Shown: in pieces, positions 1-10,026 of the stretch
Layout: each line of letters starts with the position of its first letter
Numbering within the stretch: position 1 is the stretch's first letter
Translations under genes and position numbers: made by a program
The notes under the pieces: generated by a model
What the model was told of the DNA's origin: nothing
The model's database searches: none
The model's input: only the letters and a program-made list of their open reading frames with translations
Origin: Phycisphaera mikurensis
GTDB lineage: Bacteria; Planctomycetota; B15-G4; JADJEK01
Reading direction: 5' to 3'
Assembly: GCA_020723465.1 (NCBI GenBank)
Contig: DYIW01000002.1
Location: 7,048 to 52,180 of the forward strand
DNA length: 45,133 bases

Positions 1-696
1 GATGATGACCATGCCCACCTGGCTCATGTTGAGGAGGAAGCCCTCGGCCTTGACGATGAGGCGGTGGTTGCCGGCCGGCAGCAGGGGCAGCGAGAAGGTG
101 CCGCGCTCGCTCGTGGTCTCCGTGCGCCTCTCGTCGATCACGACCAGAGCGTGCGCGACGGGCCGGCCCTCCAGATCAAGCACGCGACCGGAACCGACGT
201 CGCCCCGGGCCAGGAGCACGGTGCCCACGTCGATGGTCCGTCCCGGCCAGAGCATGGGCACGTCGACCCGGCCCAGCCAGCCGTCCGCCATCACCAGAGC
301 GACGTGCGCCGCGGCCGCCTCCTCGGGGGCCGCCACGCTCCAGGCGCCGTCCGGCGCGAGGCTCGCGCGGCCGGCGATGCTCCAGCCTGCCGCGCCCCCC
401 TCCGTGCACCAGAGGGTCGCGCTGCCGCGTATGCGGCCGGCCGCGGCCGGGTGGTGCACGCTGCCGCGCACGAGCGTCGCCCGCGCGCCGGCTTCCTCCC
501 GCGTCGGTTCGGCGGCGGCTTCCGAGCCGGGGCCCGCCGCGCGTCCATCCGTGAACTCCGTCATGCGAACTTCCTCCGTTTGCGGTCGGTGCGCCGGCTG
601 CGCCAGCCCGCTCCCCGGCGCGACGAGCGTCCAGGCGGCGGCGGAGCAGGCCGCGAGCGCCGTCAACGCCGCCGCGATGTCGAAAGCGCGCCGCAA
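1..696 (-). CDS. Exported carboxypeptidase-regulatory-like domain protein (3' end runs off the window)
   Basis: Not in the ORF track. Open minus frame from TTG at 696: LRRAFDIAAALTALAACSAAAW... then GRVLDLEGRPVAHALVVIDERRTETTSERGTFSLPLLPAGNHRLIVKAEGF, a typical carboxypeptidase-regulatory-like repeat. Starts just downstream of the 704..1693 gene. Confidence 0.65.
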   Translation of the reverse strand, partial: MRRAFDIAAALTALAACSAAAWTLVAPGSGLAQPAHRPQTEEVRMTEFTDGRAAGPGSEAAAEPTREEAGARATLVRGSVHHPAAAGRIRGSATLWCTEGGAAGWSIAGRASLAPDGAWSVAAPEEAAAAHVALVMADGWLGRVDVPMLWPGRTIDVGTVLLARGDVGSGRVLDLEGRPVAHALVVIDERRTETTSERGTFSLPLLPAGNHRLIVKAEGFLLNMSQVGMVII

Positions 697-703
697 CGCC
701 GGA

Positions 704-1693
704 TCACTCGCCGCCGCCGGTGATCGTGGTGGTGAAGGCGCTTGCTTCGCGTCCGTCGCTGAAGCGCACCTGCAGGTGCAGCACCGTGTCGACCAGGGAC
801 GCGTCATCGGGAACGGACAGGGTGAACACGTTCCTCTGGTTCGTCATGTACGTGGCGCGTACCTCGCCCTCGCCGAGCACGGTCGTGCCCGCGATCGAGT
901 TGGTCGAGCAGCCGAGGTTCCAGGACTGCTCGATGAAGTCGTTGTCGTTCACGCGGTTCCCAAGCGCCGCCCCGCCAATGAGCCGGGACTTCTTCACCAG
1001 GACCGTGTACGTCAGTCCCGCGGGCGACGCGCCGCCGTAGTTGACGGTGAAGCAGTTCACCGAGTCGATCTCGACCTCGACCGGGCCGGTGAACGCCCTG
1101 ACGGCGGGCAGGCGATTCGTGCTCGCCGGCGGGTCGTTGCTCGCCCCGCCCGCGTGGACGTTCCCGCCGGCGCCGGTCACCACGCAGTCGCCGCCATCGT
1201 TGGTGCAGCGCCACTCGAAGTCGAGCAGACTGCTCGACAGGGACTGCGCTGTACCGTTGCACGTGAGCGTGAACTCGACGGACACCTCGCCCTGGCTGCT
1301 GTCCACTCCCTCGGAAGCGTCTTCGGGGAGCGCGCCGGTGGTGCAGAACAGGCTGTTCTGGGAGGAGCTGCCCGAAGTCTCACCCGAGGTCCAGTCCTGG
1401 ACGGGGGAGTCGGCGAATCCTCCGCCCGGGATTCGGACCTCCGGCACGGGCGCAAGGGTGCTGCCGGGCGGCCACATGGTGCCCTCGCCCAGGGGCATGA
1501 TGTGAACGTCGCGGAACAGCTCGATCCAGTCGTCCACCGTCACGGTCAGGGTGACGGACGCGGTCCCATCGGGGTTGCCGCTTCCGTCCACGTTGTCGGT
1601 GACGGAGCCCGCCGTGACCGAGGTGGAGTCCGCGAGACAGGTCGCCGCGGAAGCAAGGAGGAACAGCAGGAGGGGAGGAGCGCTCTTGAACAT
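704..1693 (-). CDS. Secreted hypothetical protein (Ser/Thr/Gly/Asp-rich, probably beta-rich)
   Basis: ATG at 1693 gives signal peptide [21 protein letters not shown]. The longer upstream part of the track ORF overlaps the sigma-factor gene and is unlikely to be coding. Confidence 0.75.
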   Translation of the reverse strand: MFKSAPPLLLFLLASAATCLADSTSVTAGSVTDNVDGSGNPDGTASVTLTVTVDDWIELFRDVHIMPLGEGTMWPPGSTLAPVPEVRIPGGGFADSPVQDWTSGETSGSSSQNSLFCTTGALPEDASEGVDSSQGEVSVEFTLTCNGTAQSLSSSLLDFEWRCTNDGGDCVVTGAGGNVHAGGASNDPPASTNRLPAVRAFTGPVEVEIDSVNCFTVNYGGASPAGLTYTVLVKKSRLIGGAALGNRVNDNDFIEQSWNLGCSTNSIAGTTVLGEGEVRATYMTNQRNVFTLSVPDDASLVDTVLHLQVRFSDGREASAFTTTITGGGE

Positions 1694-2110
1694 TCTTGGC
1701 CTCACACCGGTGCGGTCGAGTGACGTCGCGTTGGCGAAACCGAGCGGACGGAGGATCCCAGCGCCGCCGCCGAGCTCCCTCCGTCCACTCGCCCAGCACA
1801 CCAGGCGCTCACCCGCCGCGGTCCGGCACACGCCAGCCGCCGCTCCCTCCCTGCGCAGTGCCCCAACCCCTGAGTCGAAGCCCAGCCTGCTAGTGGGTTG
1901 TTGCCTCTTGTCTCTGGCGGGGCGGATCATTTCGCGGATTCTCGGAAAAAGTCGTGCCGGCCCTGGCGCGGCGCTCTTGTTGGACACCGCGCCCGGGTGG
2001 ACGATGGGGGGAGTGGCGCGGCGACGAGAAAGTGTCCCGCGCGGGCCCGCTGGACGAAGAGAATCGGAAATCGTGAACGGTTTCGCGGCTCCTGTGTCAA
2101 GGAAAGGGTG

Positions 2111-5100
2111 ATGGATCGCCAGGAGCTGAACGCACTGTACTTGCGCTTCCGCGAGCACGGCGAGCCCGGGGCACTGGCCAGGCTGTTCGACGCCACGGCG
2201 CCGGAGCTGTTGCGCGTGGCGCGCCATCTTGCGCGCGATGAGGCCGAGGCCGAGGACGTCCTCCAGGCGACGTTCCTGGCCGCCATCGAGGGGGCCGCGC
2301 GCTTCGACGCGGAGCAGAACGTGCTTCCCTGGCTGGTCGGCATCCTCGCCATCCAGGTCAAGGTCGCGCGGCGGCGGGCGCGCCGCTGTCCCGACCCGGC
2401 CCGGCTGCGCCAGGAGACGCCCCGGGATCCCGCGGAGCAGGCTGAGGAGCGCGAGCTACGCCGCGAGCTGGATGGCGCGCTGGCGCGGATGCCGCCTCAT
2501 TACCGGGAGGTCCTCGTCCCTCACCTGAATGGCCGGCGCGGGACGGAGATCGCCAGCGACCTGAACCGCTCGGTGGACACGGTCCGCACCCAGATCGACC
2601 GCGGCCTGCGGCTCCTGCGCCGCTCCCTGCCGCCCGGCTTCCTCGCCGGCAGCCTGCTCGTGGCCATCGAGCCGAGAGGCCTGGGAGCCGTGCGCGGGGC
2701 GGTGCTGCGGCGCGCCGCGGAGCTCGCGGCTCCCGCGGCGGCGGGAGGGGCGTCGCTGGCCGGCGGGCTCTTGCTCCTCAAGAAGTTCGTCTGGGTGGCC
2801 GCGCTCGTGGCGCTCGTGCCGCTGCTCTGGCTGCTGCCGCCCGGGGCCGATCCGGACACGGCACGAGACGTGGCCGGGGCGGGCGCGGCCGCGCCAGCGG
2901 GCGCCGATCCTGTCGGGTTCGAGGAACGCGCCGAGGTGGAGCTGGGTGCGACGGACGGTGCGGCGGAAGGGCGCGGCGCCGGCCAGGGCGGCGTGGTTCG
3001 CGACCACAAGGGAATGCCCGTTTCGGGTGCGCGAGTCGCCGTGGTCGCGACCGACGCCCAGGTGGGCGACCCGTTGCTCTTCGAGACCCTCTCCGGCGCG
3101 GGCGGGGGCTTCACCGTGCCGAATGATCTGGCGGGCGTCGTCTTCGCCGATAAGGAGGGCCTGGGACGCAAGGACGGCCACCGCCTGGAGATCCGCTTCG
3201 ACCCGCCGGCCCTGCTCGAGGGCGTGGTGCGCTGGCGGGACGGCGGCGCCGTGCCCGGCGCGCGCGTGGAGTGCCTCGACCTGCTGTCCCACTACCTCGA
3301 GCCCCCGGCAGCCGTGACCGGGGTGGACGGCCGCTTCTCCTTCACGGAGACGCTGCCCGCGGAGTGCCTGCTGCGCGTGAAGCGGCCCGACTCGAGCGTC
3401 GCCGGCCTGTGGCCCTTGCGCCTGGCCGAGGGCACGCCGAACCACCGTGAATTCGAGATCGGCGGGGGCGTGGACCTGGAAGTGACGGTCCGCGACGCGT
3501 TCTCACGCGCGCCGCTGGCCGGCGCCCTGGTGCTGTGCGTTGCTCCGGCGGGGACGCGCAACGGCCGGCCGGCGCTGGACCGCTTTCCGCTGTACGCGCT
3601 GGCGCGTGGCGACGAGCGCGGCGTGGCCCTGGTCCGGGGGCTGCCGGTCTCGCGCTACCGCCTGTTCGTCGCGAAGGAGGGCATGGCGCCGCACGCCGGG
3701 GAGTTCCACGTCACGCAGCGCGCCGGCCCGCTGGCACGTTCGGTCGCGTTGACGAGGGGTTGCCGCCTCGAGGGAGCGGTATTCGATGCGGGGGGACTCC
3801 CCGCGCCAGGGGCGGAGGTCTGGCTGGAGACGCCGCTCTCCCGGCACGAGGCCAAGGACCGCGAGCACGTCTTCGCCTCCGCCGCTCGCATCCGCGATCT
3901 ACCCGGAGGTGTCAACCCGTTCTCTCTTGGGACGAAGAGCGACGGCCTGGGGCGCTACTCGTTCACGGACGCGGCGCCTGCCGGCGGTCTCGTGGTCCGG
4001 GCGCGGGACGCGGCGGGGCGGAGCGGCCTCTCCGCCGCCCTGGTTCTCGCCCCCGGCGCCGAAGTGCGCGGCGTCGATCTCCGCCTGCGGCGCAGGGTGC
4101 ACGTGGAGGGCACCATCCGGACCGAGGATGGCGATCCTCTGCCGGCGGCGCTCCTCCTGGCGGTCGCGGGCGGCGCGCGGCCCAGGTGGCTTCCGGTGGC
4201 CGGCGGCGCCACGGCCGTTGAGTTCGGCCTCGAGGCGGACGAGGCGGACCCGCTGCGCATCGGCGTGAAGGCCGAGGGCTACGCCCTGGCGACGCTCGAC
4301 CTCGCACCCCTGCCCGCCGGCTCCACCGGGGTGGAAGTCCTGCTCGGGCGCGGCGAAACGCTCGCGTTGCGCGTCCTCGACGAGCACTCGCTGCCCGCTG
4401 CCGGGGCGGAGGTGAAGGCCTACCTCCTGGACGAGCGCGAGCACGAGCGCCTTTCCGTGTTCTTTGGATCAGCGGGCACGCGGCGGGGCGACGACGAGCT
4501 GTGGTTCGAGCGGGGCCGGACCGGCGAGGACGGGCGGCTCAGCTTGCGCGGCCTGCCCGCTGCTCCCTTCCTGGTGACCGTGGCGGCGCGCCGCGGCGGT
4601 GCCAGGGCGTGCGAGCGGCTGCGGCCTGGCGCCCCCGAGAGCACCGTGGTCCTTGCCTCCTCGCCGGCGGAAGCGGCCGGGATCGTGCCGGGCGGCAGCG
4701 TGCGCGGCCGGGTGGTGTCGGTCTTGACTGGGGATCCAGTCACCGACTTCCGGGCCGTCCTCCTCGTCCTGAACGGCGACGGATCGCTCGCCGGCGAGAT
4801 CGCGGGCAACGTCCTCGCGGACGCATTCGAGTTTGGCCTGGCGCCAGCGGGTCGCGTGCTGCGCGTGCTGGTCGCGGCGCAAGGCCGCGCTCCCGGCGCG
4901 AGCGGCGCCTTCGTTCGTAGTGGGCGAACGACCTCGATCGACGCGGTCAGCCTGGGTGAGGGGGTGAGCGCTGAGCTCACCTTCGCTTCCACCCTGAGCC
5001 AGCCCCTGGCTGGGCTGCCCGCGCGACTGATCCCGCTGGCGCCTCTTTCCTGGCGCGACGGCCCGATCGCGGCGGCGGCGAACGGCCTCACGGATGGCGC

Positions 5101-5482
5101 GGGCGCGGTTCGCTTCGAGCACCTGGCGCCCGGTCGCTACCGGGCCGAGGTGGAGTTCCCCGGCCTGGCGCCCGCGAACGGCGAGTTCGTCGAGGTCGGC
5201 CAGCAGGACCTCTCGGGGTCCGTCCAGCTCCTCCCGGGCGGCGCGGTCGCGTTCGTCTTCCTGGGCGCCGGCGTGTCGTTCGTGCCGTACGAGGTGAGCA
5301 GCGCGGACGGGCGCCTGGTATTCCGCCACGTGTTCCGCTCCACCAATGACGTGCTGCGCCTCGCCCTGCCCGCGGGGAACTACCTGGGCCAGGCGCTCGG
5401 CCGGGGATCGGCCGAGGCGCCGCTGCGCTTCGCCGCGACGGCGGGGAGCGCGCAGCGCATCATCGTGCTCTCGTCGCCCTGA
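2111..5482 (+). CDS. ECF sigma-70 factor fused to a transmembrane helix and several carboxypeptidase-regulatory-like domains
   Basis: Region 2 motif AEDVLQATFL...PWLVGI and region 4 motif EIASDLNRSVDTVRTQIDRGLRLLRR, then hydrophobic KKFVWVAALVALVPLLWLL and repeated G-x-V-x-D-xx-G-x-P-xx-GA-x-V units. GGAAAGGG precedes ATG 2111. Confidence 0.85.
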   Translation: MDRQELNALYLRFREHGEPGALARLFDATAPELLRVARHLARDEAEAEDVLQATFLAAIEGAARFDAEQNVLPWLVGILAIQVKVARRRARRCPDPARLRQETPRDPAEQAEERELRRELDGALARMPPHYREVLVPHLNGRRGTEIASDLNRSVDTVRTQIDRGLRLLRRSLPPGFLAGSLLVAIEPRGLGAVRGAVLRRAAELAAPAAAGGASLAGGLLLLKKFVWVAALVALVPLLWLLPPGADPDTARDVAGAGAAAPAGADPVGFEERAEVELGATDGAAEGRGAGQGGVVRDHKGMPVSGARVAVVATDAQVGDPLLFETLSGAGGGFTVPNDLAGVVFADKEGLGRKDGHRLEIRFDPPALLEGVVRWRDGGAVPGARVECLDLLSHYLEPPAAVTGVDGRFSFTETLPAECLLRVKRPDSSVAGLWPLRLAEGTPNHREFEIGGGVDLEVTVRDAFSRAPLAGALVLCVAPAGTRNGRPALDRFPLYALARGDERGVALVRGLPVSRYRLFVAKEGMAPHAGEFHVTQRAGPLARSVALTRGCRLEGAVFDAGGLPAPGAEVWLETPLSRHEAKDREHVFASAARIRDLPGGVNPFSLGTKSDGLGRYSFTDAAPAGGLVVRARDAAGRSGLSAALVLAPGAEVRGVDLRLRRRVHVEGTIRTEDGDPLPAALLLAVAGGARPRWLPVAGGATAVEFGLEADEADPLRIGVKAEGYALATLDLAPLPAGSTGVEVLLGRGETLALRVLDEHSLPAAGAEVKAYLLDEREHERLSVFFGSAGTRRGDDELWFERGRTGEDGRLSLRGLPAAPFLVTVAARRGGARACERLRPGAPESTVVLASSPAEAAGIVPGGSVRGRVVSVLTGDPVTDFRAVLLVLNGDGSLAGEIAGNVLADAFEFGLAPAGRVLRVLVAAQGRAPGASGAFVRSGRTTSIDAVSLGEGVSAELTFASTLSQPLAGLPARLIPLAPLSWRDGPIAAAANGLTDGAGAVRFEHLAPGRYRAEVEFPGLAPANGEFVEVGQQDLSGSVQLLPGGAVAFVFLGAGVSFVPYEVSSADGRLVFRHVFRSTNDVLRLALPAGNYLGQALGRGSAEAPLRFAATAGSAQRIIVLSSP

Positions 5483-5608
5483 GGCGCGAGGCAGCGCGGT
5501 TTCCGGGACGCGCTCGCCGGTTCTCTCCATTTCCCGCGAGACGCCGGCGAGGCGATGCGGATTGAGGGCTCGTACCTCGACACTCCACCTCAGAGAAGGA
5601 GCCTTCCG

Positions 5609-6541
5609 ATGCACGACGCGTCGCATGCCACCAGTTCATCGCCTTCGAGCGCTCGTTTCCGCTGCCTGGGGAGAGCCGCCGCCGGCGTGTCGCGGCTGCC
5701 GGCGGCCTTGCTGCTGGCCGTGGGCCTTCTGGCCGCGGCGGCGGCGCCGCTCTTCGCCGCCAACCCGGAGCGTCTGTCCGCAAAGGACCTGGTCCAGCAG
5801 GCGGACCTCATCATCGAAGGGGTCGTCACCGACGTCGCCTACCGCAACTCGGACGTGGCGGGACCGGACGACGTCAGCCTGCCGCACACCTTCGTCACCC
5901 TGGCAATCGAGCACACGTACAAGGGCACCTCGGCCGCCGGCCAGCAGATCACGCTGCGCATGGAAGGCGGGCCGAACGGCGCCGGGCGCGTGCTCGTGGT
6001 CTCGGACGTGCCCCGGTTCCGCGTGGGCGATCGGGACGTCCTCTTCATCCGCGAGAACGGCAGCTCCATCTGCCCGCTGGTGGGCTGGGAGCGGGGCCGC
6101 TTCCGCGTGGTGCGCGGCCAGGTGTACAACGACCTGGGCCAGGAGGTGTGGATCACGCCCGAGGGCGGGTTCGCCTGCGGCGCGCGCCGCATCGATGTGA
6201 GCGCCTTCCCCTATCCCGAGGTTCCCGAGCAGCAGGACGGGGCAGAGCCGGCCGCAGCGCTTGCGCCGCCGCCCGGGTCGGTGCTGCCGGACGCGGCTGG
6301 CCTGGGAGTGGTCATCAACCGGATCGCCCTCGACCTGGCGGCGCGCGGCGAGCTGGCGCAGGCGGCGCCGGTGCCGAGCCTGAGCCCGGCCATGACGTTC
6401 TTCCGCAAGAAGCTCGAGCCCGGTGCGCCTCCCGCGGATCTCGCGGCCGGCAAGGCGGCGTTCTTCACGGGCGCGTTCGACCCGCGCGAGGCCGAGCTGA
6501 TCCAGAGAGAGCGGACCGAGCACGAGGCAGCAGGGAAGTGA
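5609..6541 (+). CDS. Secreted hypothetical protein, probably accessory to the downstream metallopeptidase
   Basis: AAGGAG RBS before ATG 5609, signal-like hydrophobic stretch, then ADLIIEGVVTDV...KG...ITLRMEGG...P.FRVGDRDVLF. Only 26 nt separate it from the next gene. Confidence 0.7.
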   Translation: MHDASHATSSSPSSARFRCLGRAAAGVSRLPAALLLAVGLLAAAAAPLFAANPERLSAKDLVQQADLIIEGVVTDVAYRNSDVAGPDDVSLPHTFVTLAIEHTYKGTSAAGQQITLRMEGGPNGAGRVLVVSDVPRFRVGDRDVLFIRENGSSICPLVGWERGRFRVVRGQVYNDLGQEVWITPEGGFACGARRIDVSAFPYPEVPEQQDGAEPAAALAPPPGSVLPDAAGLGVVINRIALDLAARGELAQAAPVPSLSPAMTFFRKKLEPGAPPADLAAGKAAFFTGAFDPREAELIQRERTEHEAAGK

Positions 6542-6567
6542 GCAGGAAAGAACAAGGAGAGACAACC

Positions 6568-8322
6568 ATGAAAGCGCATATGACAGCCAGCATTCTCAGC
6601 GTCTTGTTCGCCGGCGCGCTCGCTCACGAGGCGACCGCCTGGACGTGGCTGACCTGCACCGGCGGCGAGAAGGGCCACTGGGACTCGCACAATGTGCCCT
6701 TCCGCGCCTCGCAGATCGGCTTTCCCGAAGGATCAGCGTGGAGGACCGCGCTGCAGTCGGTCGTCCACGCCTGGAACAACACACCCGCCGGCGTGTCCTA
6801 CTCGATGAGCTGGAACGAGCCGGGTATCGGCGAGGACAACGGCGAGAGCGAGGTGTGGTGGAGCGGCGCCATCAGTCCTCCGGCGGTCACCTACACCTGG
6901 TACTACGATTCGTCCTGCGAGATCGTCGAGACCGACGTGGTCTTCAAGAACACGGTCAGCTACACGACCTCTACGGACAAGGCCGACTTGACGCCGTACG
7001 GCGGCGCGTATCGTCCGTTCCGCACCACGGCCATCCACGAGTTCGGCCATGCCCAGGGACTCGGACACACGACGGATACGTACAGCGTCATGGGACAGGA
7101 CTGGGACCACGTCCACGCCAATGGGTCGTCGGCCAGCGCGTATCCGGGCGAGGACGCCTTCGCCGGTTCCGTCGACGTGTACGGCTTCAAGGCGGGCGTG
7201 CACGAGGACCTGGCCGTGGCGCATTGGCGCCACACGGGCGCGAGCGGCGGGTACAGCACGCACGACCGCACCCGCGTCCTGGACTCAGGCGGCGGGCTGC
7301 TCTCGGACGTTGGCGGCGATGAGCCGGTCTACCTGGTGAAGAAGGGACAGCAGGTCAAGCTGCAGATGTCCTACGAGAACATGGGCAAGTCGATCCATGA
7401 CGCCAAGGTCGGCTTCTACCTGTCCGAGAACGACTACATCTCGGGGCTCGACACGTTCCTCGGCTGGATGCAGGTCAACGACCTGGGTCTGAATACGGTC
7501 TACACGCACGACGGCTCGCTCATCACCATTCCGGAGTCGGTGGCCGAGGAAACGATCTACTGGCTGGGCGCCATCATCGACTACGACGGCACCGTGGCCG
7601 AGGTGGACGAGCAGAACAACGCGACCTACACGGCCATCAAGATCGAGAGGTTCCCCGACCTGGAGGCGGCGGCGATCAGCGGGCCCGGCGCGCCGGGAGG
7701 CTCGCTGCCCGGCGAGGTCGTGGCGGTATCGCGCAACGTCCAATCCGTGGGCGGGCCCTTCTCCGGGTCGTTCAGCTACGAGGTGCGTCTCAGCCTGAAC
7801 ACCATGATCACGACCTTCGATCCGCTCGTAGCCAGCTTGTCGTCGAGCACGCTGGGAGCAGTCGGCCTTTCCCTGACGCTCCCGTCCGATCTGGCGCCGG
7901 GCACCTACCACTGGGGCCTGATGGTGGACGCGGTCGCGGGCGAGACGGCGACCGGCAACAACACGGTTGCGGGCGGCACCATCGTGGTGAAGGACAAGCC
8001 CGACGTGGAAGTGGTCTCCGTCAAGGGGCCGAAGAAGGCGCTGGCGGGCAAGAAGGCCAAGGTCATCTTCAACGTGCTCTCGAGCCACTACAGCGGCGCG
8101 TTCACGTACGAGATCCGCCTGAGCGAGAATGCGGTCATCTCCTCGTTCGACACGCTCGTGGACAGCGGCACGGCGTCGGGTTCGGGCAAGCACAAGGCCA
8201 AGTTCACCATGCCCTCGCTGCCGCACGGCAAGTACTACTGGGGCGTGATCATCCAGCCGGTTCCCTATGAAACGGAGACCGGCAACAACTCCCTGGCGGG
8301 CAACCGCGCCAAGGTGAAGTGA
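6568..8322 (+). CDS. Secreted metzincin (matrixin/M10-like) metallopeptidase with C-terminal CARDB-like domains
   Basis: Signal peptide, HEFGHAQGLGH zinc motif, SVM Met-turn, and three repeats ending E-xxx-xNN (EVDEQNN, ETATGNN, ETETGNN). AAGGAG RBS. Confidence 0.85.
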   Translation: MKAHMTASILSVLFAGALAHEATAWTWLTCTGGEKGHWDSHNVPFRASQIGFPEGSAWRTALQSVVHAWNNTPAGVSYSMSWNEPGIGEDNGESEVWWSGAISPPAVTYTWYYDSSCEIVETDVVFKNTVSYTTSTDKADLTPYGGAYRPFRTTAIHEFGHAQGLGHTTDTYSVMGQDWDHVHANGSSASAYPGEDAFAGSVDVYGFKAGVHEDLAVAHWRHTGASGGYSTHDRTRVLDSGGGLLSDVGGDEPVYLVKKGQQVKLQMSYENMGKSIHDAKVGFYLSENDYISGLDTFLGWMQVNDLGLNTVYTHDGSLITIPESVAEETIYWLGAIIDYDGTVAEVDEQNNATYTAIKIERFPDLEAAAISGPGAPGGSLPGEVVAVSRNVQSVGGPFSGSFSYEVRLSLNTMITTFDPLVASLSSSTLGAVGLSLTLPSDLAPGTYHWGLMVDAVAGETATGNNTVAGGTIVVKDKPDVEVVSVKGPKKALAGKKAKVIFNVLSSHYSGAFTYEIRLSENAVISSFDTLVDSGTASGSGKHKAKFTMPSLPHGKYYWGVIIQPVPYETETGNNSLAGNRAKVK

Positions 8323-8353
8323 CTCCCCGCGGCGGACGCCCCGGCCGCGAACA

Positions 8354-8400
8354 GACCACGGGCTCCTCCGGGACTCGATCCCGGGGGAGCCCGGTCTTTC
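8354..8400. terminator. Hairpin between convergent genes, probable bidirectional terminator
   Basis: CGGGCTCCTCCGGGA-ctcga-TCCCGGGGGAGCCCG, a 15-bp stem with one G-U pair, followed by gtctttc. It lies just past the read-through stop at 8410, not next to the UGA at 8530. Confidence 0.6.
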
Positions 8401-8409
8401 TGACGTGCG

Positions 8410-9858
8410 TCAGTAGCGGAAGGTGCGCTTCTCGATCTTCGTCTCGAACGGTCCCACCTGGTACTGGCACGCGATGACGTACTCGACGCCCTTCTTGGGG
8501 CCGCTCCATGCGGCCGAGCAGCTAAAGCCTCACCCGTACTTGAAGGTGCCCTGGGCGACATTCTCACCCGCGGCCGTGACGATGGTGTAGCTCGGTTCCG
8601 CCGGGCGGGCCCTGCTGCTCTGCGAGAGGACGACCGAGCTCTTCTTGCCCGAGACGAGCTGGAGGTCGGTCAGGAGCTCCTGAGCCCGTCCCTGGACGTT
8701 GAACCCGAGGTCGGCCTCAGTCGCGCCGGTCTCCTGCATGTTGCGCAGGGACCATTCAGACACCTGCGCCACGGGCAGGTAGGGCTCGCCGAACTCGAGC
8801 AGGGCCTCGGCGCCGGGCGCGACGCTCAGGAAGGGCGTGGCGCCGCTGCCTGCGGCCTCGAGCCGCCAGAGGTCGCCCTCCTTGCCGCTCTGCAGCAGCG
8901 CGTAGCGGAGCAGCCGCCAGTCGCCGGCCGGGATCCTGGGATTGACCGGCCGGTGCATCATGACGCAATGCGCGAAGTTCCGCTCGAGCAGGGTCAGGCG
9001 CTCCGGCGCCTGGGAGAGCTTGAGCGGCACGATCTCGTCCTCTACCGGCGCGAGCGCCAGCTTCCTGGCGGCCGTGTCGACCTTCACCGTGAACGCCTTC
9101 TCGCCGAGGATCAGGAGATCGCCCAGCAGAAACTCGTCCGCTCGCGACATCTTCTGCTCGGCCGTGAGGTACAGGCTGTCCCCCTGCGCGTAGATCGGCT
9201 GATCCGCGGACACGTACAAGTTCTCGGGGATGCGCGCCGTGTCGGAGAAGACTCCGTTGCAGTCGCCGTCCCCGAGCATGACCTGGTAGGTGGCGCCGTC
9301 CAGCGTGAACGAGCCGGCGTAGTGGCAGGCGGTGTCGACGCCGAAGTAGATGAAGCGCGCGGCGTCGCCGCCGTCCTCCTGGTTCTGCCCCTGCAGGCGG
9401 AAGCCCAGCCGGTAGGGCAGGACTGCGCCGCCGAGGCGGTATTCGACCGAGACCTCGTCGTCGAAGGAGACGTAGTACTGCTCGATGTCGCCGAAGCGGG
9501 CCAGATCTCCCACGAGGACCGGGTCGTCCGTGAGGTCGCCGTTGTCGTTCCGGTCGAAGCGGATGCGGTTGTAGAAGCCGTCGTCCGCCGCGACGCGATC
9601 AAGCACGGCCAGGAAGTCGGTCTCGCCGAGGGTCACGGTTGCGAAGAGCGGCCGCGCGCCGGTCAAGTCCGGCAGGTTCCAGTCGCCGCCGGGACAGTCG
9701 GGTGAAGGCTGCGCGTGGGCGCTCCCCCAGGGATGGACAGCGTCCTTGTCGTCGAGGTTCTGCCGGTACTCGAGCGCCACCTCCAGCGTCTGCGCGGGCG
9801 CGAGGCCGCACAGCAGCAAAAGCAGCGCGAGGGACCGGACCGGGAATCCACAGATCAT
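8410..9858 (-). CDS. Exported putative selenoprotein, YG-U-GFxC family paralog 1 (482 aa, Sec codon at 8530-8532)
   Basis: Signal peptide and DxNxNGDLTDD motif. The frame continues past TGA: ...GTFKYG-U-GFSCSAAWSGPKKGVEYVIACQYQVGPFETKIEKRTFRY*. This extension matches the post-UGA extension of 15729..17198, and a SECIS-like hairpin follows. Confidence 0.85.
8490..8532 (-). promoter_or_regulatory. Candidate bacterial SECIS element
   Basis: UGA-14 nt-GGCCGC[AUGGA]GCGGCC; the loop starts 20 nt after the UGA. Confidence 0.7.
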
Positions 9859-10026
9859 CTTCCAGCCTCCTTTCTGGGTGAACGATCCAGCATATCAGGT
9901 TGTGCACGGGCTGCCAGCCGCCAGGGGGCGGGCGGCGCGTCCCCTGGCCCGGTGGTCGCTACCCGGCGAGGCTCTCGACGCCTACGATCGACGGGGCAGC
10001 GTGGCCGTGTACGGAGGGTGGCAAGC

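Noticed and set aside
8410-8412. Second UGA in paralog 1 as another Sec
   Set aside because: It aligns with the end of paralog 2 (TAG) and is followed by the intergenic terminator hairpin.
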